From positions 7,316 to 71,315 of the forward strand of contig JBKEDT010000040.1 in NCBI GenBank assembly GCA_047975565.1: a stretch of 64,000 nucleotides of DNA. The letters run 5' to 3'. Origin of the DNA: Enterococcus sp. (lineage in GTDB: Bacteria; Bacillota; Bacilli; Lactobacillales; Enterococcaceae). The notes under the pieces are model-generated. The model did not search any database. It worked only from the letters and a program-made list of their open reading frames with translations, and was not told where the DNA came from. The position numbers were made by a program, and so were the translations under genes. Of this stretch, positions 1-11,302 are shown piece by piece. Numbering within the stretch: position 1 is the first letter of the stretch; each line of letters begins with the position of its first letter.

Positions 1-456
1 CATGATTCCACCGATATCTTGTACATTTTCTTCTTTTAAAATTTTGTACGTATCTTCCAATGCATCTCGTGTATGGATGCTGATTGGTAAGTTCATTTCT
101 TTCGCAATAGCAATTTGGCGGCGAAATACTTTATCTTGTACTTCTTTTGGATCTTCCATCCAATAATAGTCTAACCCGATTTCTCCCAAGGCAACGACTT
201 TGGGTAAAGTGAGTTGTTCTTGTAGACGCGTTTCTATTTCTTTGGTGTAGCTTCCAGCTTCTGTTGGATGCCAGCCAATAATGCTATAAATTGAATCATA
301 TTCTTGACTTAACTGCAATGTTTTTTCGATTGTGGGTGTGTCAAATCCAACAACCGCCATCTTCGTTACACCTAATTCGCGTGCATGGGCAATTGTTTCA
401 GGAATATCCTCATTAAATTGTTCTGCATTTAAGTGCGTATGAGAATCAAATATCAT
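1..456 (-). CDS. tatD: TatD family hydrolase/DNase (partial, runs off the window edge)
   Basis: Manual translation from ATG at 456: MIFDSHTHLNAEQF...IIGWHPTEA...ALGEIGLDYYW...IHTRDA; RBS AAGGAG upstream; not in the ORF track because it is truncated. Confidence 0.9.
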   Translation of the reverse strand, partial: MIFDSHTHLNAEQFNEDIPETIAHARELGVTKMAVVGFDTPTIEKTLQLSQEYDSIYSIIGWHPTEAGSYTKEIETRLQEQLTLPKVVALGEIGLDYYWMEDPKEVQDKVFRRQIAIAKEMNLPISIHTRDALEDTYKILKEENVQDIGGIM

Positions 457-615
457 GCGTGATCGCTCCTTTTCTTTCCTACTTTAGCATATTCTAAACA
501 AGGTTTGAAGCATTCCGCTAGAAGATTTGTTTTATTTTAGAAGAAAAAAACAGCTTCGTACAGTCCGAACAAAAATCGTTCCGCTATACAAAACTGTTAT
601 GTCTACTTCAATAAA

Positions 616-1932
616 TCAATTATGTCGTGCACGTTGGTAATAGAATACTGGAATCCCTAATACGGTCACACCAATACCAATACATGCAAGTAAGGGTTGC
701 GTGATCAATGTCATTCCTAAAATGAAGAGAGCACCTAAGATGGCGATGATCGGAATCACTGGGTAAAAAGGGACTTTATATGGTCGTGCAAGCTCTGGTT
801 CTTTCTTTCGCAGCACGAACACACCGATAAAAATCAATAAACTAAACAACCACATAACAAAAATCAACATGTCGGTTAAGAAATCAAAGGAACCCATACG
901 CATCATGACACAGGCAATAATTAATTGTACAAATGCGGATACATAAGGAATCAAAAAGCGTTTTGATAGTTTTTGAAGCTGTTGGCTAAATGGCAGTTGG
1001 TTCTCCAATGCCATGGCATACGGCACGCGGATACCGGTAAAGACATACCCATTCAATGCACCATACACTGAAATCAAAATACCGATCGTGACGACCTTCC
1101 CACCAAAGTCACCAAAAATAACTGAAGATGCTTGTGATGCTGCATTTAAGTTTCCTGAAAGCTGATCAATAGGTAATGTTTTAAGGAACACGATATTAAT
1201 CAATAAATAAACAACGGTCACAAAACTCAGTCCGAAAATAATCGCTTTCGGTAAGTCCTTCTCTGGTCGTTTCATCTCTCCTGCAATTGCACCTACGCCG
1301 AGCCAACCATCATACGCAAATAAAGTTGCTAGTAATGCACGGCTCAATCCTTCAGCGAAATTCACATCTGGCCCTGCTTCAATCGGAAAGAAGCTGACTA
1401 CGCCTGTAGAAGGTGTCAGTATCCCAAAAATAACAATAACTGCTATTGGAATCAACTTGATGATCAAAGTAGCTGACTGTACCATAGAGCCTACCTTTGT
1501 TCCAAGAAGATTTAATCCAGTAATCGACAATGCGGTAATTATAGCAATTCCCAATAGCCACCCGCTTGGTAATTGGAATAGATTAATCATTTGTGTAGCA
1601 AATATAATTGACAACGCGGCAATATTGGCAGGAAAGTAAATCAAAGTCTGCGCCCAACCAAGTAAAAAACTTGGTAATTTGCCATAGGCTGCCTCAATGT
1701 ACTTGACTGCCCCACCCGTCTCAGGAATAGCAGTCGCAAGTTCTGCAACAGTCAAGCCTGCACAGATAGTTAAGATTCCTCCAAGCAACCAAGCAAACAA
1801 AGTCAAGCTGGCTGATTGTGTGCTTGCAACGACCGATGCTGTTTTGAAGAAAACACCTGCACCAATAACAGTCCCCATGACCGTCGATAAAGCACCAAAT
1901 AGACTGACTTCACGTTTTAGTTTTGTAGCCAT
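616..1932 (-). CDS. APC family amino acid permease (SteT/LAT-like)
   Basis: GTVIGAGVF and LFAYDGW motifs, about 12 hydrophobic segments, C-terminal RPYKVP; start ATG 1932 or GTG 1935. Confidence 0.88.
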   Translation of the reverse strand: MATKLKREVSLFGALSTVMGTVIGAGVFFKTASVVASTQSASLTLFAWLLGGILTICAGLTVAELATAIPETGGAVKYIEAAYGKLPSFLLGWAQTLIYFPANIAALSIIFATQMINLFQLPSGWLLGIAIITALSITGLNLLGTKVGSMVQSATLIIKLIPIAVIVIFGILTPSTGVVSFFPIEAGPDVNFAEGLSRALLATLFAYDGWLGVGAIAGEMKRPEKDLPKAIIFGLSFVTVVYLLINIVFLKTLPIDQLSGNLNAASQASSVIFGDFGGKVVTIGILISVYGALNGYVFTGIRVPYAMALENQLPFSQQLQKLSKRFLIPYVSAFVQLIIACVMMRMGSFDFLTDMLIFVMWLFSLLIFIGVFVLRKKEPELARPYKVPFYPVIPIIAILGALFILGMTLITQPLLACIGIGVTVLGIPVFYYQRARHN

Positions 1933-2000
1933 CACAGTCCCTCACTTCTATTAAATTCTACTTGTCAGTATAACGAAAATTTGTTAAAAACTCCATTGAA

Positions 2001-2015
2001 AATTCTCTGAAAATA
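2001..2015. promoter_or_regulatory. Putative CodY box upstream of the amino acid permease
   Basis: AATTCTCTGAAAATA, 2 mismatches to AATTTTCWGAAAATT. Confidence 0.45.
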
Positions 2016-2101
2016 TTTAAGTAACAAAAAAATCACTCTTAAGACGGATACCTTTTGGTACTAGATTTGATAGACTTACTCTACGAAGGAGTTGGTCTTA
2101 G

Positions 2102-2686
2102 ATGAAATTGTCGAGTTTCAGGGGAAAAGAAACGTTAAATCACTTACAGCTGTCGAACAAGAATCGTACAACAAGCCTCTGGCATTGGAGTGCTTTATTC
2201 CTGTTTGGTGTATTGATTCTCACAACACCTACCAAGCATCTGCTTGTTCTTGCGCTACTCATTGGAATCGTAGCTCTTATCAAAGGGCCAGGAATGCTTC
2301 TTCTTGGGATGATTTATTCATTCTTCGTGGGGATGTTCCCATTCTTAGGGGTGGTACTGTCGCTTCTGTTTTTCATTATCAATATACGCACTTTATCAAA
2401 AAATTGGCGTATTAATTTTGTTGGTGCTTTTTATTTTCTTTATCCACTTAGTTTGATGATTGCGCAACACTTTTTCACATTCAATCGTGTTTCCTTAGTT
2501 ATCGCGCTAACTTTTGGATTGATTACACTACACATACTCTTAACAAGACTTTATCAAACGTATGGCACAAGCCAACGTATTATTTGGTATATCTGGACGA
2601 TTCCTTATGAACTACTTTTGCTTCTGATTCCAACACGATTAAAAAAAGGAAACGTTAATAAATCATTCCACAAAAAAACGAGGTAA
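2102..2686 (+). CDS. Hypothetical membrane protein
   Basis: 194-aa ORF with several hydrophobic segments; RBS GAAGGAG upstream. Confidence 0.7.
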   Translation: MKLSSFRGKETLNHLQLSNKNRTTSLWHWSALFLFGVLILTTPTKHLLVLALLIGIVALIKGPGMLLLGMIYSFFVGMFPFLGVVLSLLFFIINIRTLSKNWRINFVGAFYFLYPLSLMIAQHFFTFNRVSLVIALTFGLITLHILLTRLYQTYGTSQRIIWYIWTIPYELLLLLIPTRLKKGNVNKSFHKKTR

Positions 2687-2691
2687 GTAGA

Positions 2692-3420
2692 TTACTTCGT
2701 TTTTTTATTTAGGTTCACCACCAAGATATCTCCTTTATCATGTCGATGGCGTGCATGTGAATATTCAAAAGGCGTCCCATCCTCTAAAAAGACAACTTGC
2801 TCAACATGTAAAATCGGGTCTTCTAAACAACAATTTAAATATTCTTGATCCCGCTGATTCGAGCGTTCTGCACGGATTCTTCGTGAGGATGCACCAATCA
2901 CTAATCCTAACTTATCCTCGATATAGCCATAAATCGAGCGATGCAATACTTGTGTAGATAATTTAGGAATTGTTCGCACAGGTATCGTAATCTCCTCAAT
3001 AATCAACGGTTCCTGCTCTAGTAATCGCACACGAACAATATCATACACAGGTTCTTCAGATTGGATAGCTAACTTTCCTTGCTCTATTTCAGTTGGAAAT
3101 CGAAGATCAAATCGTAGGATACGACTAGTCACTTCCCCCTGACCTCTTAACTGTTGGGATAGTCCAACGTATTCATCTGATTGACGATTCAGTTTTGATA
3201 ACGTAATCCCGTTCTTCTTAATATATGTACCTGAGCCTTGGCGACTCTCTACTATGCCTTCCACTCTCAATAAATCAAGTGCTTTTTGGATAGTCATTCT
3301 ACTCGTATGAAATTGAGTTGCAAATTGTTCTTGTGTTGGGAGTGGTTCAACTTGTTCAAAGTAGCCTTCTCGAATTTCTTCTCGAATTTTTTTTGCGATT
3401 TGTTCATATTTACTTACCAT
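2692..3420 (-). CDS. GntR/HutC family transcriptional regulator (wHTH + UTRA)
   Basis: N-terminal KYEQIA...LPTQEQFA..F.TSRMTI.KAL..L...G..GSGTY; UTRA-like C-terminus. Confidence 0.9.
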   Translation of the reverse strand: MVSKYEQIAKKIREEIREGYFEQVEPLPTQEQFATQFHTSRMTIQKALDLLRVEGIVESRQGSGTYIKKNGITLSKLNRQSDEYVGLSQQLRGQGEVTSRILRFDLRFPTEIEQGKLAIQSEEPVYDIVRVRLLEQEPLIIEEITIPVRTIPKLSTQVLHRSIYGYIEDKLGLVIGASSRRIRAERSNQRDQEYLNCCLEDPILHVEQVVFLEDGTPFEYSHARHRHDKGDILVVNLNKKTK

Positions 3421-3508
3421 GGATTCACCACCTTCCTCATTGATTTGGAAAATTTGTCTTTACAACTAACAAATTTGATCAACAATTTTTTACAATTATT
3501 TACAGCTA

Positions 3509-3545
3509 ACTATACCTTGCTCCAAGTAAAATGTAAACGACTACA
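3509..3545 (-). promoter_or_regulatory. Putative sigmaA promoter of the GntR gene with overlapping cre-like site
   Basis: Minus strand TTTACA-N17-TATAGT; TGTAAACGACTACA (3532-3545) has 1 mismatch to TGWAANCGNTNWCA. Confidence 0.45.
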
Positions 3546-3561
3546 AAATGTTTTTTTGAAA

Positions 3562-3597
3562 AAAAGGGCTGAGACAATTCATGTCTCAGCCTCTTTT
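3562..3597 (-). terminator. Intrinsic terminator after metG
   Basis: GGCTGAGACA/TGTCTCAGCC stem with A/T tracts on both sides. Confidence 0.8.
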
Positions 3598-3607
3598 CGT
3601 TAATCAA

Positions 3608-5641
<2,034 letters not shown>

Positions 5642-5824
5642 TCAAACGCATTTGTTTCCTTGCTAGTATACCATAAACTATAACTTTTGTTAGTTTTTTT
5701 CCTAGTTTTCATTTTTAGAAACTTTTGTCTATTCGTGCAGTATTTTTCTTTACTGACCTATGTGTTTGTTCATTCAATGGTATACTGTATGTAGTTATTT
5801 TGATAAATAAAGGTAGGTAGATTT

Positions 5825-6106
5825 ATGAAACAAAAGCATTCACTTTTTATTATTGGTATTTTTATACTTTCACTGATTCATCTGATTTTTAGTTTCTATT
5901 ATGTACGCTTGTATGGCTACTTTAATGTAGAAGGAAACGTAACTACGTTTGTTCTACTTACTCGAATCGGACGTTTCTTGCTTGATGCCTTGATTGTCCT
6001 TGCAGGTTATCTTGCAATGAGAGAGGGCAAACAACGTTTTTTACCATTTTACTTACTGTTCTTTTTAATGAATCTCATCTTGCCATTTCTTTTCCAACTT
6101 TCATAA
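5825..6106 (+). CDS. Small hypothetical membrane protein
   Basis: 93 aa, three hydrophobic segments, RBS-like AGGTAGG upstream. Confidence 0.7.
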   Translation: MKQKHSLFIIGIFILSLIHLIFSFYYVRLYGYFNVEGNVTTFVLLTRIGRFLLDALIVLAGYLAMREGKQRFLPFYLLFFLMNLILPFLFQLS

Positions 6107-6203
6107 TAAGTTCTCGCTTTTAGTCATAGAATACTTTTTTTTTCGCTAGAGTCTGCTAGAATAAAGTAAAATGTACTTTTAAAGATATTGGGTGGTGGAA
6201 CGC

Positions 6204-7031
6204 ATGGTAGAATTTACTTCAAAAAAAGAAGAACGTTTATATTTTGAACAAGAAGCAAGTGAAGAAGATTTCTTAACGTGGTATCGACAACAAGAAAAGC
6301 CTGAATATGACAAGCCCTCTCTAACTGTGGATATTGTGTTAATGTGTTACAACAAAGAAGCTGACCGTCTAAAAGTTTTACTTATCAAAAGAAAAGGTCA
6401 TCCCTATCGTAATTCTTGGGCGTTGCCTGGGGGCTTTGTTCAATCAAATGAATCAACTGGTGAAAGTGTCTTACGAGAAACACAAGAAGAAACAGGCGTC
6501 GTTATTTCAAGCGATAACATTGAACAATTGCATACCTTCAGCACACCAAATCGAGATCCTCGTGGGTGGGTGGTAACAGTCAGCTATCTTGCGTTTATTG
6601 GGGAAGAACCACTAATTGCTGGCGATGATGCCAAAGATGTTCGTTGGTTTACCCTTGATCGCTTTGGTAGTAAAATTCGTTTGTCTAGTGGCGAAACATC
6701 TATTGAGTTAGATTTGACTACAGGTATCTCATCAGGTAAAGATACCCTTGCCTTTGACCATAGTCAAATCATTATCAAGGCGTTTAATCGTGTGGTGAAT
6801 AAAATGGAACACGAACCTCAAGTCCTTCAAGTCCTTGGAAAAGAATTTACAATTACGGAAGCGCGAAAAGTTTTCGCAAAATTTTTAGGTATCGACTACC
6901 GGACAATCGATCATTCTAACTTCAAGAAGGCAATGCTACAATACTTCGATGAAGTTGGCGAGCGCCCTGTAGGAATCGGTCGTCCGTCAAAAATTTATAC
7001 ATTGAAGCATGAAATCTTATTTGATGTATAG
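6204..7031 (+). CDS. NUDIX-domain protein with C-terminal wHTH (NrtR-like regulator)
   Basis: WALPGGFV...RETQEETG, RDPRGWVVTVSY, LAFDH, C-terminal FTITE...NFKK...GRPSKIY; start ATG 6204 or upstream GTG. Confidence 0.82.
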   Translation: MVEFTSKKEERLYFEQEASEEDFLTWYRQQEKPEYDKPSLTVDIVLMCYNKEADRLKVLLIKRKGHPYRNSWALPGGFVQSNESTGESVLRETQEETGVVISSDNIEQLHTFSTPNRDPRGWVVTVSYLAFIGEEPLIAGDDAKDVRWFTLDRFGSKIRLSSGETSIELDLTTGISSGKDTLAFDHSQIIIKAFNRVVNKMEHEPQVLQVLGKEFTITEARKVFAKFLGIDYRTIDHSNFKKAMLQYFDEVGERPVGIGRPSKIYTLKHEILFDV

Positions 7032-7087
7032 GGTTGTTTTTAACTTTCGACTCTAAGAATAAGGAAAAGCACGAAAAGTGACCAAGC

Positions 7088-7121
7088 AAATAGGCTGAGA
7101 CAAAATTGTCTCAGCCTATTT
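7088..7121. terminator. Bidirectional terminator between the NrtR-like gene and the oppBCDF-tnpB/guide transcript
   Basis: AAATAGGCTGAGACA-AAAT-TGTCTCAGCCTATTT perfect inverted repeat between convergent units. Confidence 0.85.
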
Positions 7122-7122
7122 T

Positions 7123-7229
7123 TGGTTACTCATAATTAGTGAGCTTTTCATGGGAATGAAAATTCCTAGAAACAAAAGTTTGACTTTTTCTTATCAAGGC
7201 GAAAACTGGCGCTCCTACCAGCTAGTCAT
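7123..7229 (-). ncRNA. Putative omegaRNA/guide RNA of the TnpB-like protein (scaffold about 7139-7229, guide from 7138 downward)
   Basis: Minus strand: hairpin CTGG-TAGGAGCG-CCAG (7206-7221) whose loop GAGC can pair with the 3' GCTC (7141-7144); terminal hairpin TTTTCAT-TCCC-ATGAAAA (7145-7162); TCAC (7139-7142), an IS605-type right-end motif; then TAATTATGAGTAACCA before the terminator. Exact ends are inferred. Confidence 0.75.
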
Positions 7230-8234
7230 TTAGTTGATCCAATAATTCCCTGTTTTCATAAGGACTTGACTCTTAGCAATCGCATTTCTTAATGGCAATT
7301 TGGATAAATCAACGATGACAAGTCGCTTTTGGTACCATTTTGCCTTATAGCGAAGCTTCTTCACTAATTTATGCCAAAGAAGTACTTCTGCACTCGATGC
7401 TTCGTCCGTAATACGTTCCATAAATAAATAATCGTATTTTTTTATTAATTCATAAGATATTTTTTCTAAATAATCTTCTTGCTGCCACGCCTTCTTTTCA
7501 AAAAGCATTGCTACATATCTTTTTTGTTTCTGATAATTCTTTGCCTCGCTAACTGGCACGCCTCTTCTTCTGGCTTGCCTTTTCCGCACGTCTAATTTTT
7601 TTAAGGCGCGAACGATTTTTTCCTCTGTATATTTTATTTTAGAGGTAGGTAGTGTAAGTGCTTCTGAACTTATCAATAACTCATGCTTACTAAAAGCTAA
7701 ACCGATTTTTGCCGTGGTTTTTGGCATTGCTTGAATAGGCACTTCGCATAAAAGTGAAATATAGAATTCTTGATTGAATCGTGCTGAAATCGTTGCTGAA
7801 CGAATCGTTCCCACAACAGGCCGATGTGCATGTATTTTGATCAATGATTTCACTTTAGGTAAGCGTAACTGATTGCCATTGATTCGAATCGAATTATGTT
7901 GATTGTTCGTTGTATACGATTGCCAACAGTTCGTCTTTTTCTTATACTTTGGAAAACTTGTTTTGTGGAGATAATAATTCCGAAAGGCTTTCATCACATT
8001 TAATTGCGTATTTGCTAAAGCAAGACTATCCACTTCTTTGAGAAACGGATAGTCTCTTTTTAATTTAGCTGGTGTCAAAAATTGGCTTCGTTCTTCGAGA
8101 TGTGCATAATTTTCTTTACGGTCCATGAGTAATTGATTGTACGTAAATCGAACACAGCCGAACGTTCGAATGAAAAATTCTTGCTGTTTCTTTGTAGGGT
8201 AAATACGAAATTTATAAGCCTTTAAGACATTCAT
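7230..8234 (-). CDS. tldR: TnpB-like protein with degenerate RuvC; oppF-associated TldR-type RNA-guided repressor
   Basis: TnpB N-terminus KAYKFRIYPT..Q......FGCVRF.YN, YPFLKEVDSLALAN..LN, SYTTNN, LPK; RuvC-I GIDLG replaced by GLAFS (A180); RuvC-II E273 kept; zinc ribbon and DRD.NAA motif absent; RBS AGGGAGG 13 bp after the oppF stop; no tnpA. Confidence 0.88.
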   Translation of the reverse strand: MNVLKAYKFRIYPTKKQQEFFIRTFGCVRFTYNQLLMDRKENYAHLEERSQFLTPAKLKRDYPFLKEVDSLALANTQLNVMKAFRNYYLHKTSFPKYKKKTNCWQSYTTNNQHNSIRINGNQLRLPKVKSLIKIHAHRPVVGTIRSATISARFNQEFYISLLCEVPIQAMPKTTAKIGLAFSKHELLISSEALTLPTSKIKYTEEKIVRALKKLDVRKRQARRRGVPVSEAKNYQKQKRYVAMLFEKKAWQQEDYLEKISYELIKKYDYLFMERITDEASSAEVLLWHKLVKKLRYKAKWYQKRLVIVDLSKLPLRNAIAKSQVLMKTGNYWIN

Positions 8235-8247
8235 TTCCGTACCTCCC

Positions 8248-9201
8248 TTAATTTAAGACAAGCTCAGCTTCTTTCTTACGTTTTAATTTTTTCGCATAAT
8301 AAGGTACTTCCTCTTCCGTTGCATACACGAAATGTCCTTCTGAGATTTCTCTCAACTCACGTACCTTGCCATCTTCTGGTTCCGGTTGATACTTGATTCG
8401 ACGACGTTTTCTTTCATGGTCAGGATCTGGTAAGGGAATTGCAGAGAGCAAGCTTTCAGTATATGGGTGTACACCAAAACGATAAATTTCATCACTTGTT
8501 CCCATTTCGAGTAAGCGACCATTGTGCATCACACCGATGCGATCACTAATATGTTTGACCATTGACAAATCATGCGCAATAAATAAATATGTCAGATTGC
8601 GCTCTTTTTGTAATTCTTGAAGTAAGTTCACCACTTGCGCTTGGATAGATACATCTAAAGCAGAAATTGGTTCATCACAAATAATAAATCTAGGTTCTAC
8701 CGCTAATGCACGAGCAATCCCGATCCGCTGACGTTGTCCACCTGAGAATTCGTGTGGGTAACGTGTTCCGTGACTTGGATTTAACCCAACTGTTTCCAAT
8801 AACTGATCAACACGTGTATTTCTAGCTTCTGTCGATTCAGCTAAGCCATAAACATCAATACCTTCAGCAATGATATCACGCACTTTCATACGGGGATTTA
8901 ATGATGCGTATGGATCTTGAAAAATCATTTGTACATCTTGACGGAATTTCTTAAGATCGACTTTTCCTTTGATTTTTGTTACATCTGTTCCTTCAAAGAG
9001 GATTTCTCCACCTGTGGGTTCATTTAAGCGAATAATCGTCCGACCAGTTGTCGACTTTCCACTCCCTGATTCTCCAACTAAGCCAAATGTCTCTCCTTCA
9101 TAAATATGAAAGTTGATGTCGTTGACCGCATGTACCTCATTTTTCCGCCCTACATTAAAGTACTGTTTTAACCCATTGACTTCCAATAAGACTTTCTTCA
9201 T
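8248..9201 (-). CDS. oppF: Oligopeptide ABC transporter ATP-binding protein
   Basis: GESGSGKST, YPHEFSGGQRQRIGIARAL, HPYT motif; follows oppD. Confidence 0.95.
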   Translation of the reverse strand: MKKVLLEVNGLKQYFNVGRKNEVHAVNDINFHIYEGETFGLVGESGSGKSTTGRTIIRLNEPTGGEILFEGTDVTKIKGKVDLKKFRQDVQMIFQDPYASLNPRMKVRDIIAEGIDVYGLAESTEARNTRVDQLLETVGLNPSHGTRYPHEFSGGQRQRIGIARALAVEPRFIICDEPISALDVSIQAQVVNLLQELQKERNLTYLFIAHDLSMVKHISDRIGVMHNGRLLEMGTSDEIYRFGVHPYTESLLSAIPLPDPDHERKRRRIKYQPEPEDGKVRELREISEGHFVYATEEEVPYYAKKLKRKKEAELVLN

Positions 9202-10262
9202 TAAATCACCCCTGTTTTTTGTGTTTGCTTGTTCTTAAATATTTCCCAGCGTCGTTGGATTTCTGCTGGTGGTGTAACTTCTGGTGCTTGCGGTGCTAAT
9301 AACCACGTAGCAGCTTTGTGCGTCTCTGACAATTCAAAGAATGGTGGTTCTTGTTGTGTATCAATTTTCAGCGCATATTTATTTCTTGGATAGAATGCAT
9401 CACCAACTGGCGGATTCAATAAGTCCGGTGGTGAGCCTGGAATCGCATAAAGTTGTCCACCTTCTGTGTCGAGCGTTGGCATTGATCCCAACAATCCCCA
9501 TGTATACGGATGTTGTGGATTATAGAAAATCTCTTCTGCTGTTCCTACTTCAATGATTTTCCCCGCATACATTACCGCTACACGATCTGCTACATTTGCC
9601 ACAACACCTAAATCATGCGTGATAAAAATAATCGATGTATTTAATTTTGCTTGGATTTCTTTTAGTAATTCTAAAATTTGCGCTTGGATCGTTACGTCTA
9701 ACGCAGTTGTCGGTTCATCTGCAATCAAGATTTCAGGATAACAAATCAATGCAATCGCAATTACGATCCGTTGGCGTTGTCCTCCTGAAAATTGATGCGG
9801 ATAACTTTTCAATCGCTTCTCTGCATCATTGATCCCTACTAATTTTAATAACTCTAGCGCTGCTTTTTCTCCATCTTTTTTTGATACTTTATTATGTTTA
9901 CGTAGAGATTCTGCAACTTGTTTTCCAATCGGCATCGTTGGGTTTAACGAAGTCATTGGATCTTGGAAAATCATTGCGATTTCTTTTCCACGAATTTTTT
10001 GCATTTCTTTCTCTGTTTTATGAACAAGGTCTTGCCCTTTAAAAAGAATCTGTCCTTCATCGATATTCGCATTGCTTGATAAGAGGCGCATGATCGTCCG
10101 AGTAGTTACAGACTTTCCGCTACCAGATTCTCCAACAATTGCTAATGTTTCTCCTTCGTTCAAGTCAAAGTCAACACCACGAATTGCACGAACCTTGCCA
10201 GCATACGTATCAAAGGATATTTGTAGGTTTTTTACTTCCAAAATCTTTGTCATCGTCTTCAC
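9201..10262 (-). CDS. oppD: Oligopeptide ABC transporter ATP-binding protein
   Basis: GESGSGKSV, FQDPMTSLNP, YPHQFSGGQRQR; start GTG 10262 or ATG 10253. Confidence 0.95.
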   Translation of the reverse strand: MKTMTKILEVKNLQISFDTYAGKVRAIRGVDFDLNEGETLAIVGESGSGKSVTTRTIMRLLSSNANIDEGQILFKGQDLVHKTEKEMQKIRGKEIAMIFQDPMTSLNPTMPIGKQVAESLRKHNKVSKKDGEKAALELLKLVGINDAEKRLKSYPHQFSGGQRQRIVIAIALICYPEILIADEPTTALDVTIQAQILELLKEIQAKLNTSIIFITHDLGVVANVADRVAVMYAGKIIEVGTAEEIFYNPQHPYTWGLLGSMPTLDTEGGQLYAIPGSPPDLLNPPVGDAFYPRNKYALKIDTQQEPPFFELSETHKAATWLLAPQAPEVTPPAEIQRRWEIFKNKQTQKTGVI

Positions 10263-11302
10263 TCTTTCATTTTAGGATCAAATGCGTCTCGTAAACCATC
10301 TGCTAGTAAATTGAAACCAATCATGATGATAGAAAGCATTACGGCTGGTACCCACATTAAGTATGGTAGGTACAAGAATGTTTTATACCCTTCACTAAGT
10401 AACGTTCCTAATGAAGCGTTTGGTGGTGTTAATCCTAGCCCAATGAAGCTTAAAAATGCTTCAAAGAAAATTGCGGCAGGGATACTAAACATCATTTGGA
10501 TAATAATGACACTCGAGATATTCGGTAAAATATGTTTGAATGCAATTTTCCATTTTGATTCACCTAAAGTTGTTCCTGCGAGTACATATTCTTGATCTTT
10601 TAATTTCATCGTCTGTGCCCTGACGATCCGTGCCATCGGAATCCAGTTGGTGATTGCCATGGCTGCTACAATTGTAAAGATTCCTGGTTCAAAAACGACC
10701 AACATCAAAATCATAACAACTAAGTTAGGAATACCGGATAAGATTTCTAGTATCCGTTGCATGACATTATCTACACGCCCTCCAAGTAATCCAGAGACCA
10801 TTCCGTAGGCAACACCGATTGTGATATCAAGTAATGCGGCGATGAATGCGATCAACAATGAGATTCGCGTTCCCATAAATAGTCGGCTTAGTTCATCACG
10901 GCCAAGACCGTCTGTTCCAAGTAAGAAGTTCACATCTGAAGGAACACCCGCTTCAGCATATTTATCAACTAATTCGCCTGCAACCATTGTTTTCCCATTC
11001 AATCCGTTGATGTCAACACCTGGGATACGTGGTGGCAGATTGATGTATTCCACATTTTGTGCTGTTGGATCATGTGGTGAAACAAAAATCGTCACTACAG
11101 ATGTCAAAATGATGATACCTAGTAAAATCATTGAAAAAACAGCTGCTTTATTTTTTTTCAATCGTCTCCAAGAATCTTGTAAAAAATTCAGTGACGGTGC
11201 AGCAATACTTTCACGTTCTTTCTCCGTATTTTTCTCCAGAGGTAGAAATTCATCACTTGGAATTTCTGCGATTGTTTTGTAATTTTTTGGCAAAAGCTCC
11301 AT
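10259..11302 (-). CDS. oppC: Oligopeptide ABC transporter permease
   Basis: WRRLKKNKAA, LGTDGLGRD, EAA-like loop, DGLRDAFDPK. Confidence 0.95.
   Translation of the reverse strand: MELLPKNYKTIAEIPSDEFLPLEKNTEKERESIAAPSLNFLQDSWRRLKKNKAAVFSMILLGIIILTSVVTIFVSPHDPTAQNVEYINLPPRIPGVDINGLNGKTMVAGELVDKYAEAGVPSDVNFLLGTDGLGRDELSRLFMGTRISLLIAFIAALLDITIGVAYGMVSGLLGGRVDNVMQRILEILSGIPNLVVMILMLVVFEPGIFTIVAAMAITNWIPMARIVRAQTMKLKDQEYVLAGTTLGESKWKIAFKHILPNISSVIIIQMMFSIPAAIFFEAFLSFIGLGLTPPNASLGTLLSEGYKTFLYLPYLMWVPAVMLSIIMIGFNLLADGLRDAFDPKMKE

Noticed and set aside
7139..8247. Active IS200/IS605 or IS1341 insertion sequence
   Set aside because: No tnpA, only 13 bp between oppF and the gene (no left end), and RuvC and zinc-ribbon loss; only the right-end-derived RNA scaffold remains.
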